Shown: one piece after another, positions 12,360 to 23,912 of the stretch
Position numbering within the stretch: the first letter of the stretch is position 1
Layout of the letters: every line of letters begins with the position of its first letter
Assembly: GCF_030684315.1 (NCBI RefSeq)
Contig: NC_081392.1
Coordinates: 9,159,113-9,223,112, forward strand
From: Stegostoma tigrinum
Lineage: Eukaryota
Length of the DNA stretch: 64,000 bases
Direction: 5' to 3'
Position numbers and translations under genes: made by a program
The notes under the pieces: model-generated
Told to the model about the DNA's origin: nothing
Database searches by the model: none
Seen by the model: only the letters and a program-made list of their open reading frames with translations

Positions 12360-12432
12360 CATCTTTCTTGATCTTCTCATTCAAATTGTTGATGTAGATG
12401 GTGTGGTTTGGACGGGCCTCTTGGGTAGTCAT
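12360..12432 (-). CDS. SNRPA: U1 snRNP A coding exon 1
   Basis: gcc[27 protein letters not shown], ending at a GC donor (G|GCAAGT). Confidence 0.95.
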
Positions 12433-13639
12433 GGCTCTACTCTTGCGCTAACTAAAATTAAAACTGAGGGGGGAAATGAGCACAAGTGAAAGTCAGTCTC
12501 ATAGATGTCACTCTTCAAAAGAAATAAACCTCTCTCTAACTTCATTATGGCAAATCTCAGAGTTGAACTCAACTCAGAAATCATGAGCTCAAAATCAACA
12601 ATGGCAAGCTGTGACATTCAATAAATCTTAAAAGGTTTGATAGTCCAGACCAAGGATGATCAGCAGAATTCAACCTGTTCACTGTAGTTCAGCACCACAC
12701 TCCTTAATTGTTTTAATGGCTGCCTGAACTTCCAAAGCCTCAATGCAGCAGCAACTTCCAGAATTGGAAGTCAATGTCTTGATCAGCAAAACAACACTAA
12801 TCACTGTGGTTGTATACACACTTTGAGAGGAAATGCTGCTCAGCATGCTAGCATTACATGTGGTTACTGTGCAGAACCAAAGCTGACAAAAGGTGGCTGC
12901 CAAACGTATCCATTCTCATCCGCTAACACCGCTCCCAGATTCAAAGGACTGCAGCCCAATGTGTGGCTATAAGTGGTAGAAATGTAAGTCACATCCCTAA
13001 ATTGCTCTAAAGCAACTCAAGCACACCCCATCCTAGATCCCAAAGTTAAGAGTACGTATTGTCCTTCCTTTGCCCGTTACCCAGAGACAGGATTACTAAA
13101 CAACCCCTTCTCTCACATCCTTCATCCAAGCTCACCCGCTCTGAGAAGCAAGACAGCCCCTTCTCTCCCCCACCTCTGAGGGAAAGGTCAGCCTACCCCC
13201 CTCTCCTTCTGAGAGCTCACACAGCCCCCTCTGTGCACGAACATAAAAAACAGGCGGAGGCCATTCGGCCCTTCAAGCCTGCTGCACAATTCTCTACAAC
13301 CACATCTGATCATCAAACTCTACAACCTGACCCTACCTTTCCCTCCCCATGTCCTTTGATCCCTTTAGCCCAAATCACCAAATCCAACTCCTTCTTGAAA
13401 CGTAGTATTTTGGCCTGTTTTCTGTACCACAGAAAACCACAGTAGTAGCAGTCTGCGGGTGGAGGAATTTCTCATCATCTCAGTCTCCTCTGGCATACGC
13501 TGTATCCTTAGACGCCCACCCATCAACTCAACCTCTCTCACATTCCTTTAGCCACTCAGCCCTCCCTTTTGCCTTACCACCCTTCACCCTTTACCCCTGG
13601 CCTACTCTCTCCCTCTCAGCCAACCCTCCGCCCTCTCTT

Positions 13640-14340
13640 TACCTCCATCGGCCCTGAACCGGAAGCTACCGCCCGTCGGCGGAAGCTTTAACCCGTGGTT
13701 CCGCCGCAGGCTGCTCCGTACGAACCTGGTGAGACCGCGGCTCTAAAGAACCGACCGTGCGACGCGATGCGAGCTCCCGCACACAGAGACGATCAGGCTA
13801 ACTGCGGGCGGCCGCCGGCTCTAAACGCTGGGGGATGGCAGCGGATGGTCGCGGGCCCTAACCGCCAGCACCGCGCGCCACGACGGAAGTCCAACCCCCT
13901 CACCCCGCGGCCAGCTCCCATTGGCCGGCCCTGGTGCGGGGCCGCTCACCGATTTGTCCGCGGTCCCGTCAATCAGACGAAGGCGGGAGGGTCGGTGTCC
14001 CCGCGGGACCCGGATGGTTTCCCCAGCTAATAAAATGTGAGGCTGGATGAACACAGCAGGCCAAGCAGCATCTCAGGAGCACAAAAGCTGACGTTTCGGG
14101 CTCCGGCGGGGAGTGAGAAAGGACAGAAACAGAAACAGAGATCGAGAAGGAGCGGCTAAGAGGGCGGGAGAGGGGAATCAGTGACTCGCTAACGGTCTGG
14201 GTCCATTCAACAGCACAGACCCGATCTGAGAGAACTGATTGGACTAGACCGGTGTCAATCAAATTGGCCATTCCACCGTGGCCAATCGCGGGATGTAGAG
14301 TGGGATTCAGGGACGGAATGTTCTAGAACGTGTTCAGTAA
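13640..14340. promoter_or_regulatory. CpG-island bidirectional promoter for SNRPA and ACTMAP
   Basis: High CpG density, ETS-like CGGAAG motifs (~13660, 13680, 13883) and CCAAT boxes. Candidate non-coding first-exon donors at 13642 (-) and 13729 (+). Confidence 0.8.
14028..14101 (-). mobile_element. Truncated short PLE copy inserted in the CpG island
   Basis: TAATAAAATGTGAGGCTGGATGAACACAGC...GCTGACGTTTCGGGC matches the family consensus. Confidence 0.8.
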
Positions 14341-15473
14341 TTCCCGACCCTCCGCTTTCCTAAGTACCCCACACACACTTGCATCCATCCTATCCCCCAA
14401 TTACTTTATTCCCCTATCCGACACTCCCCAACACCAAACACCTCAAATAACCCCAACCCACCTCAATCCCCTCCCTCTCCCCAAAAACCATTCCACCCCA
14501 TCACCAATCGCCCTCCAACCTCCCCAGCGATCCAACTCCAATCTCACCCCAAAAGCCACCTTACCAACTATTCCCATCCCTCAGTTACATCCCAAACTAC
14601 TCCAACCATTCCACCCCTCCCCAAACTGCACAGTCCAATCCCACAATAAAAATCACACCTCACCCCAAAGTGCCCCGTTACTCTCCACAATACCCGAATC
14701 ACTCCACTCTACCTAACTATACAACCCCAATCATCCCACCCTGCCTCCAACACCTCAAAATACCCCTGCCTCACCCCTTCACAACTACTCCATCCCTCAA
14801 ATGATTTCATTTTCCCTGACCATCCCTAATCGACCCCTTCCCTAACTACTGTTTCTCCATCCAGCCATCCCATTCCCTAATTACTTCATCCCCAAATTAC
14901 CCCATGTCCCATACCAGTTCTACCTCAACTGACCCAGCTTCCAACCACTGTTCGCCCACTCTTCTGTGTTGATTTCTTTTCTGCAAATCCAGTCCTTGTT
15001 ACAACTAGCACTATTCCCTGCTATCTAACCCTTTATAAATCTGTGCTGGCTCTATGCTCAGAAATTTTGAATTTGTGGATTCAGGCAATTTATTGACAGC
15101 AGATAGTAACGGGTCTGTGATTTCCTGATGGACCTCACATCATTTTTCTTAAATTGTTGAATGTCATGCAGTTATTCCATGCCCCCCTTCTCCCTCAACA
15201 TGGAGTCTTCATTACTCCCACTGAGACTACTTTCCCAAATCCTCCACCACTCACCCCATCTCCTGCCCCTAACTCCCCCATTAAATATAAAAGACAAATA
15301 TTTTCTGGAACAATAAGTGATAAATGATAATGATTTTTTTTCCTCCAAGGCAAATATTACAACAGTATCTCTGACCCTTGGTGTACTAGTTACTGAGGCA
15401 ACTTACTCGTAAAAATTGTTGTGGGATGCTCCAATTTATCAAGTCAAAGCCAAACGTTAAATAGTGGGCTGCC

Positions 15474-15712
15474 ATGTCCCACCTCCATCATGTTGAAATG
15501 GCACAAGGAGAGCAAAATCTCATCAGTGACACATCTGATGGTACAGACTATTTGTCAGTCCCTCCTCCTCCTCCCCCCCTCCCTCCACCCTTTCTGTCCC
15601 CTCCTTCTGAACCATCACAAAATAAATTATACCAGATTTTTGCTCAAGACCGATTACCAGTAACTGGAGACTGGGAGGAGGTGAAGTTGCTGGTCCAGAG
15701 CAGGCCTAACAG
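15474..15712 (+). CDS. ACTMAP: Actin maturation protease (C19orf54) coding exon 1, polyproline N-terminus
   Basis: MSHLHH..VPPPPPPLPPPF..PVTGDWEEVKLLVQSRPN; probable acceptor at 15349, donor AG|GTATAT. The start could also be the ATG at 15498. Confidence 0.85.
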
Positions 15713-15837
15713 GTATATAAAACTAAAAATTATGAGCCATGTTTGTCACAGTTGTTTAAATAAGAGCAAGATTCTGGAGATGCTGGAAACCTGAAACACA
15801 AGAAGTGCTGGAGAAACCTAGCAGTTCTGGCAGCATA

Positions 15838-16325
15838 TGGGTGGCATAGTGGCCTCACAGCGACAGGGACCTGGATTCGATTCTAGCATTGGGTGACTGT
15901 CTGGAGTTTGCATATTCTTCCCCATGTCTGCATGGGTTTCCAGTTTCCTCCCACTGGCCAAAGACATGCAGTTTAGATGGATTGGCCATGCTAAATTGCC
16001 CATAGTGTCCAGACATGGATTAGCTATGGGAAATGGAGGGATAGGCGAGGTCTGGGTGGGATACTCTTTAAATGGTTTTTAAGGTCTTAGCGAAAATTTG
16101 TAGCTCGGGTTGTGGATGCAGTTGTTCATTAGCGCACTGAGCTGGTTGTTCTGTGGTGTGCAGACATTCTGTTACCCTTCTAGGCAACATCATCAATGTG
16201 ATTTCTAATTGAAGCAATGGTGTTCTGCTTCCTTCCGCATGTTAATGAACAACTGCATCTTTGGAGGGTTGATGTGGCTTCAGTTGGCCGAATGGCCTGC
16301 ATCCATATTGTAGGGATTCTGTAAT
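15838..16325 (+). mobile_element. HE1-like V-SINE interrupted by a PLE fragment (~16075-16260)
   Basis: tRNA-like head, V-domain (GATTGGCCATGCTAAATTGCCC) and a CR1-type tail. Confidence 0.65.
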
Positions 16326-17354
16326 CTGTAGAGAGACACAATTAACATTTCAAGTGTAGTACAACTTCCTAAAAACATCTCTGAGAAGTCAAACACAGTC
16401 GAATAACTCTGCGGTCAAAACTCAGGAAAGAGATCTAGGATTGTCGGTACAGCTATGTGTTGGAGTTTGGTCTTCAGGTACGTCCTAGGGGCTGAGAGAC
16501 CTTGGAAAAAGCCACGTGCCATTAATATTTCAATACAGTTGTGAGCAAGGTTATGGAAACCCACAAGTAACACTTTGTACAACTGACAAATGTTAGAGCT
16601 CAGGAAAAATAAATCAAGGGCGGTACTAACTTGATAAAGCTAGCTGTCCACGAAAAAAGATGCATTTGCACCTGTGACGATGCTAGAGTGTGGTTTCCAG
16701 AATCCAGAGGAGTGTCACTCCTGGAACAGGTGGTGAGCTACCAGAAACTGAGCAATCATTGAGGCAATGCATGATGGAGTAGTTTTTGATGTACTTTAAA
16801 GGCCAGTTCTTCAACAGTGAAGTCTTAAAATGAGACTTAGTAACCCACAATGTCACTGACATCCTGAGAGCGGGGAGGGGTGGGTAGGTAGTTGCTGAGT
16901 AATCCATGGGATCTGACTCAATCACTTTTGATGTTTACATTTACACTTTTGTCTGAGTAAGTTTTATTTGTAATAAACTAGGTATTAATTGTTAACTTAA
17001 GAAACTGGCTGAATTATTTCTAGCACTAAGTCAGATACAATGTAAAGCCTATTGAATTGGCCATATCACCACACAGTTTAAAATTCATTATGACCAGTGG
17101 AGGAGTGGGACTAAAGGGAAATTGATGCCCCGCTCCAATCTTGGTTGTAACACTCTGTATACTGTGCGAAGTTAATGGCTTGGCCAAGTTACTGCCCTCT
17201 TATAGACTAAGCAATGCATCCTTTATGTGTTATTATAGGTTAACAGTGCATCCTCATGTACTATTGCAGTTTAATATCAGAGCCCAAGTGTGCTATCAAG
17301 TGATAGATTCTTTTCCAATGGCTGAACATTTTTCTGATTTTCTCATATTTCCAG

Positions 17355-17423
17355 CTTCAACAAAGATTTGCAATGGCTCCTTATTAATAAATATGTACCC
17401 TCGCTGATCCAGGATGGTCCACA
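17355..17423 (+). CDS. ACTMAP: ACTMAP coding exon 2
   Basis: FNKDLQWLLINKYVPSLIQDGPQ (cf. human PSLIQEGPQ); ccag/gtaagt. Confidence 0.93.
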
Positions 17424-17472
17424 GTAAGTATCTAATTCTGGTTTCTCTACATTGGTGCATACTGGCAGAAAT

Positions 17473-17820
17473 GGGGGCACAGAGGCTCAGCGGTTAGCAC
17501 TGCTGCCACACAGTGCCTGGGACACAGGTTCAATTCTATCCTAAGGCAACTGGAACTTGCACATCCTCCCCGTGTCTACATGGTTTCCCGCCAGGTACTC
17601 CACTTTCCTTCCACAGTCCCGAGATGTGCAGGTTAGGTGGATTGGCCATGCTAAATTTCCCATTGTGTTCAGGGATGTGCAGGCTAGGTGGGTTAACAAC
17701 AGGAAATGCAGGATTACAGAGATAGGGTAGAGGGAATGGGCCTGGGTGGAATGCTCTTCAGAGGGTCTATGTGGACTTGTTGGGCTGAATAGCCTGTTTC
17801 CACACTGTAGGGATTCTATG
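17473..17820 (+). mobile_element. HE1-like V-SINE
   Basis: A/B-box-like head (GGCTCAGCGGTTAGCACTGCTGCC...GGTTCAATTC), V-domain and GTAGGGATTCTATG tail. Confidence 0.75.
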
Positions 17821-18152
17821 AAATAGAAAATGTTGGCAATGTCTGGCATCACCTCTGGTGGAACAGATTTAATGTTTCTGTTCCATGACCTTTCATCAGA
17901 ACACGGGTAGTTTTTCTGTTTTTCTCTCACCTATAAATGCTGCCTTCCATAATCTGCCAAGTGTGGGTGCTTTTTCCCTGTGTCCTAGCCAATATTCAAC
18001 CTTCAACTAATTCCCAAAGCAGATTGACTGCCATTCATCTCATGCCTGCATGTGAGATTGCATTGTGTGCTGTGCTGTGGACCTTTCTTCTGCCTATAAA
18101 CTGCAATTGCTTTCTCAGTCACCACTGCTCCTTGTATTTTATTGTGATTCAG

Positions 18153-18277
18153 GTGTGGACTGGTGGCTCTATGGATGGCCGGACATTTGCTGAACATGTG
18201 TGAGGTGCAGGGTCTGCAGGAGATAGTGGACTGTGCGAAGGCCAGAGGGTATACTGTTCAGGGAGAGATGTTTTCAG
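18153..18277 (+). CDS. ACTMAP: ACTMAP coding exon 3 (catalytic Cys)
   Basis: CGLVALWMAGHLL...ARGYTVQGEMFS. Confidence 0.95.
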
Positions 18278-18827
18278 GTATCTTATAATGTATCTCCAGT
18301 GAGAAATCTCCAGACTTTGCTCCTCCTGTTGGTCTGTGTTCTCTTCCCTTCTCTGCTGTCTGTTTCAGTCTTCTCACTTTCAGGGTCAGTTGCGACTCAA
18401 TGGATACTCTTGCTTAAGTCAGAAGAATGTGGGTTCAGGTTCTATTCCAGAGTTTTTAAGCACAAGATTGGTGCAGTACAAAGGGAGTGCTACACTGTCA
18501 GAGATGCCATCTTTCCTTGGACCCTTCAGGACAACGACCTGACTACTGTCTCTGGCAGATGTAAAAGATTCCAAGGCACTAATTATGCAAAAAGACCAGG
18601 AGTGCTACTCATTATCCTGGACAATGCTCGCTCCTCAACCATTATCACTGAAACAAACTATCATGTATTGAAGCTTGTGGGCCTTGTTGTATTCAAATTA
18701 GCGACCATATTTCCTATATTACAACATGCACTATATTTCAAAAATATTTAATTGTCTGTAAATTGTTTTGCAAGGTTATGCAATAAATAAATACCTGTGA
18801 GATTTATTTTTGTCTATCCGATTCCAG

Positions 18828-18957
18828 GTGCAAACATGGTGAAACTGGCCGAGGAAGTTTTCCAATGTCATGCTGAACTCCTCAATAATGGCTTAATGGG
18901 AACTAACAAAGCCAGAATAATGCAGCATCTCTTTGCTGGTTATCCTGTATTAGTACC
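18828..18957 (+). CDS. ACTMAP: ACTMAP coding exon 4
   Basis: ANMVKLAEEVFQCHAELLNNGLMGTNKARIMQHLFAGYPVLVP, followed by the U12 donor GTATCCTT. Confidence 0.93.
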
Positions 18958-19752
18958 GTATCCTTATATTGACATTCGACAAAGCCACTTCCTGTACAGG
19001 ATCAGGCTGCAAATCAGTCGCCTTTGGTTAGATATACGTGCAGGGTTACAAGACCATCCAGGATAGAGGAACCTGCTTCTGGTCCGAGCGTCCATCTCTA
19101 AGGAAGCTAAGGAGCTGAAAATAGTTATAGGCACTGGTTGTTCTCCTATATCCCACCCTATAGCAATTTTACATGTGTTACGCATGTTTGCTGTTTGTGA
19201 CCTTAGCCTTTCCTATTGCCTCCAGCTGTGCACTTTCTTAGACTGGACAGTGAATGTGAGCTGGGGCTCTGTATGATTTACCTTTTCTCTGATACAGGGA
19301 TCACTAGATAGTGGTCAGGAGCTGGAACTCTGGTTGATATTTCCTCAGTCTCTTACCCAGGGCTGATTTAATGGTGATCAGAGGTAGGGATCTTTGTTGA
19401 TTCTCCGCTTTATTAGTTTAGAGTTCATTGGGCAGGGATCAATAAAAGGAACCCTGATTTATATTTCCTCTCTATCACTCAAAGCTATTTGTAATCATAA
19501 GCAATGTTTGAGCTAGAACAGAACAGATTGGGAATGGATCTTAGGATCATCCTGATCTGTATGATTCTATCCCATACATGCAGGCTCCCCAAATGCTTTA
19601 CTAGGAAAGCTCAAATGCACTAAAGTCAGACAGGCCATAAAAAGTTAAATTATTGATCTGTGCTGAGTTACCTGAGGCAGCAGTTGATATGCCGTAGTTG
19701 GCCTCAGCAAGCTTGGGACAATTAATTGGGGAAAATCCTTAACTAAAAGAAG
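18958..19752 (+). other. ACTMAP: U12-type (minor spliceosome) GT-AG intron
   Basis: 5' GTATCCTTAT; branch point TCCTTAAC at 19736-19743, with the AG ending 9 nt later and no polypyrimidine tract. Confidence 0.92.
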
Positions 19753-19823
19753 GTATGATGAAGACTTCAATCATGAGCCCTGTCTGCGCAAAGGGCATAA
19801 AGCTCACTGGGCAGTAATTTCAG
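19753..19823 (+). CDS. ACTMAP: ACTMAP coding exon 5
   Basis: YDEDFNHEPCLRKGHKAHWAVIS. Confidence 0.96.
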
Positions 19824-20436
19824 GTGAGAGCTGAACACTAAGTGAAATTTTAACTAAACATCAGCTGAAATAGAAGATTCACATATCGAACTGTGAGGAA
19901 TGTACCAAGACACTTAATATCTTTAGCAGTTTTCCTGGAAATTTAAGCAATGTTTTGAAAATAAAATAACTTTGTTTAGGGGCATCATGGACCACAAGTT
20001 GGCATTTATTGCCCATCCATAATTACTCTGTCATAATCATGTATTAATTGTAAGCAGATGTTAGGCTTGTTTAGAGTTTCACCTGTGTACAGGCTTGAGT
20101 TAGGAGATGTTTGCTTGTGATGCTTCAACCTAGAAGTAAACATTAAGACAGAGTAAAGATTGATGAATGATAATCCTGATGTCAAACTGGCTTTTTGGGA
20201 TAGAACACTCTGGACAACTAATTCAATACAGCTAAGCAGTTAAGATACTAGAATGGGAGTTACCCAGCAGCCAGACTGATAAAGACAGCAGGTATGGAAG
20301 GAATTAGTGAACCAAATTCGGATTTTAATTCCCTTTTTTCTTGTTTTCCAAATTTAATTCAAATTCTCAAGCTGCTGTGGTGAGATTTGAACTCATTCTC
20401 TTGTCTAAGCTGTGTAACAAAGCCACTATTTTACCA

Positions 20437-20643
20437 GAGATAGTAGGAACTGCAGAATCTGAGATAACAAGGTGTAGAGCTGGATGAACACAGCAGGCCA
20501 AGCAGCATCAGAGGAGCAGGAAAGCTGATGTTTCGGGCCTAGACCTTTCTTCGAAGAAGGCTATAGGCCTAAAACGACAGCTTTCCTGCTCCTCTGCTGC
20601 TGCTTGCCCTGCTGTGTTCATCCAGCTCTACACCTTGTTATCT
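20437..20643. mobile_element. Palindromic (head-to-head) short PLE insertion
   Basis: Inverted arms; TSD CACTA(T/C)TTTACCA at 20424-20436 and 20644-20656. Confidence 0.85.
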
Positions 20644-20948
20644 CACTACTTTACCATGTCCTGTTGCAAGATTTTTTACAGGCCTATCGCATTTAAAACA
20701 ATGATCACCTTGCTGTGTAGAGGTGATCTGTATAGGCCTCAAGATAAATCAATTTAATTAGTGTTTAATGGGTTTAATGGATTGCTAGATGGTTGAAATT
20801 GGTTGTGTCTAGCTCAAGAGGTGTCAAAATATGGTTTTGGGACTTCTTGACCATGATGGGAAGACACAAAATTTTTATGTGAGTAGTTTGATTTCCAATG
20901 CTTAGTGCCTATTTAGTAGCTTACATATTGCTTGTGATTATTGTGTAG

Positions 20949-21292
20949 GAGCATTGCTGGGACTGAAGTACAAACCTTTAAAAGACTTCTCTGAGGAAGA
21001 TTCTGCTATTCCTGGGCTGTTTTATCAACGAGTGAATGTGCCTGGAGCTCATTACCCTGAGGATACCGTTGCTGAGATTTACTTGGTGGCCAAGCAGGGA
21101 AAGAGTCTGAAGTATCAGTTGTGGCCATTCGACCAAGTGCATAACAGTAATGTGCAGCTAAGAGAGTTTAGCCCAAAGCGAGAGTGTGATGGGACTGTCT
21201 ATGTTATCCCTGATGGTGGTGTGGAGTCAGGACTATGTGGAGTGGTGATTCTCCTACAACCATTGCCCCAGGATCAAAACCAAAGCTTGTGA
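20949..21292 (+). CDS. ACTMAP: ACTMAP last coding exon
   Basis: ALLGL..IPGLFY..IYLVAKQGKSLKYQLWPFDQVHNSNVQLREFSPKRECDGTVYVIPDGGVESGLCG..*. Confidence 0.96.
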
Positions 21293-21967
21293 AAGAACTT
21301 TTAATTTAAACAGTATCTTTCAGGGTACCTCAAGATGCTTATTCATAAAGCAGAATATCTTGCAATAATTGTAACATAAGAACTGTGAAAACCACTTTAT
21401 TTGCACTTTGCAGGAGTGTGCAAACAAAATGCTCAGTTTTGCATTAGAGTATCAGCCAGCCTTGATCATGCAAGTGGACCTGGCTAATCACTGCTGATTT
21501 AACTGGCTACATTGCAGAAGAGTTAGACATTTAATATTTAACACATACTTGGTAGAAAATGCAACAGAGTGTTGGATACAAAGGAGATTGTGCCAATTAT
21601 TTGATGTCAAACTATGCAGGTGCAGCATGATATTGGTGCCTTTGGACCAGCTGAAAGCCAATTATGCAAATAAAATGTAATAAGGCAACAAGGTTTCAAT
21701 GGTTTACCCTGCAATTCCTCAGCTACACGGTTCAAGCGCTTACGGCAAGTTTCACTTGTCCTGTCTCAGACCAGAGTATGAATATGAATCCCCCTCAAGA
21801 TTCTGGCCAGGATGTGTTCTACAGATATTATCTAATCACTCTATTCAGAGATGTTACAACACTGCTAGAAATATCGACACTACCATTGCATCCATAAATT
21901 CTGTGGGGGCTGATACTCCTCACCTTGTCAATTGAAAGCAATTGCCTAAGGTGTCTGGCACAATTAT

Positions 21968-22171
21968 TACCAAAATCAAGACTGAATCAGGGACCTTTAG
22001 ATCTTCAGTCATAGCTATTTTCTAATCAATTTGTTCAGAAATGTTATTACACACCTCTGGAGCAGGTGGAACTTTACCGAGGCCTCCCAGTCTAGGAGTA
22101 GGGACACTATCACGGCATGACAAGAGGGCCTAGCTTTTCGTCAAATGCTCTCCCAAATAAGCTATTTCAGG
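21968..22171 (-). pseudogene. tRNA-Phe(GAA) pseudogene split by a ~130 bp SINE insertion
   Basis: The - strand reads GAAATAGCTTATTTGGGAGAGCATTT...[insert 22011-22139]...GACTGAAGATCTAAAGGTCCCTGATTCAGTC, matching vertebrate tRNA-Phe. Confidence 0.75.
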
Positions 22172-23130
22172 ATCACATTAGAGATAACAATGCATATCAG
22201 CTAGTGGTCTGAGTAATACTTGGCATTTTTCAAGTTTCTGCAGAAATGGTACCTCTGGACCAGAAAGCCTGGATTCAAGTCCCACCTGCTCGAGACGTGT
22301 TAAGACATGTCTGAACAAGTTAGTTTAAAAAAATCTTTACGGATGTAGTTTTGACTTCTGTCATGTTATCAATACCCTTAACAGTTGGAAAATGTAGATG
22401 TGTAGACTTAAGGATGGAGTGTGACTGTAAGTTCCCCCTTGGTCAGAGTCTTATGACATGCAGTATTTAAGAATACAAGTGAAGAAAGGCCAGTTGGGTC
22501 TTGGCCACTTTAGAAATGTACCTATGTCTGTGTTAGCTCATGGTAGAGATAGAAGTGACAAAATGAAGAACTGAAACTTAGTCACTCACGCTTAGGTCAG
22601 GAATCCATTGTAAATAATAAACTGAGAACAGACTGAGAATCATTCAATCTTGACATCTCGAAGAAGTCGGACATTTACCTACGAGCCTGTTTTGGTATTC
22701 ACTGCAGGAGAGATTTCCAAACTTCGATCAAACTGTGTGTTGAGCCGTTTCCTAATTTCACACCAGAAGAAAAATGTGTTTTCCATACTCAAAATTATAT
22801 GGTCACGATTTCAAATATGCTGCCTGATAAGGTGGGCATAGATTTAATTGTTTGAGTTTGAGAAATTTGGAGCAACTAGTGGTTTTTGGTTCAAGCCCTG
22901 TGCTGGTGATGGTCCGTAATCTGGCCCTGAATAGGTGAAATGTTTTTGGATCAGCACAAGAACAACTTTTCAGTTGCTGCGTAGTGGAGACAGGAAGCTA
23001 CTGTAGGTCCCTTGAAATCATCTTGTAGAACGCTAGGATACAACAGATCCCCAGTCAACGCTAGCAGATATTTTCCCCTTTTCAGTAGAGGCAAAAAAAA
23101 GACATGCACAAGATATTATATTTTCAATAT

Positions 23131-23136
23131 TTTATT
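23131..23136 (-). terminator. YIF1B: Probable YIF1B polyadenylation signal
   Basis: AATAAA in an AT-rich context ~620 nt after the stop. Confidence 0.5.
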
Positions 23137-23756
23137 TACCTTGCATTTATAAATATATATTTAAAAAATTCCCATGCAGACAGTATAAAGTCCACACATC
23201 AGCAATGTCCAGTTTGTGCTTCCGATCAGACTAGTTATCTGGGACAGACAGAACAACAATGGACTGGTGTTTACAGATTATACAGGCAGCCCAGCAGGAA
23301 ACAACTCTATATCTGCACAGGGAGAAGCCATGACCCAACACCCCCAACACTTAAGGGAGATGAACCCGTCCTGCGTGTCTCTCCTTCGCACTTGGGGAAA
23401 TAGTTATGCCCTGCCCCCACCTCGTTTGGGTTGATGGGCACATCTCTACTGCCACCCTCTCACTTGCAGGGACAGTTTTACAACCCTATCGTTTGAGGAG
23501 TTGGATTCTACTCCATGTCACCATGGGAGATGGCCAACTCAGGCCCAAATCCTTTAGGGCAATAAATCTGTCCTCCACTCACTCCCAACAGACCCACCCC
23601 AATTCCTCCCCCCCCCACCACAAATCTCTGAGAAATAGATTCCCCCACTGGTGTTCTCCCCTCAGGCCAGCAATGGGGGGGCGGGGACGGAAGATGAAAC
23701 AAACCCCCACGTCCTAAACCTTAATTTTCAGGTATCACAGAGTTTGTCAGATTTCC

Positions 23757-23912
23757 CTATCTGACCAAGTGAAATGTGAGCCAGTACATGAATACAGGCT
23801 GCACTGCGGCAATCGCCATAGTCAGGTACATGCGTAACTGATTCCTTGCACCTCGCACCAGAACTCCTTCAGCTGCAGCTTCAGACAGAATCTTCAGCCT
23901 CAATGTTCGAAT
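23757..23912 (-). CDS. YIF1B: YIF1B last coding exon
   Basis: [51 protein letters not shown]. Confidence 0.96.
   Translation of the reverse strand: MRTLRLKILSEAAAEGVLVRGARNQLRMYLTMAIAAVQPVFMYWLTFHLVR

Noticed and set aside
18278-18286. GTATCTTAT donor as a second U12 intron in ACTMAP
   Set aside because: It mismatches the GTATCCTT consensus, and the acceptor has a pyrimidine tract with no TCCTTAAC branch site.
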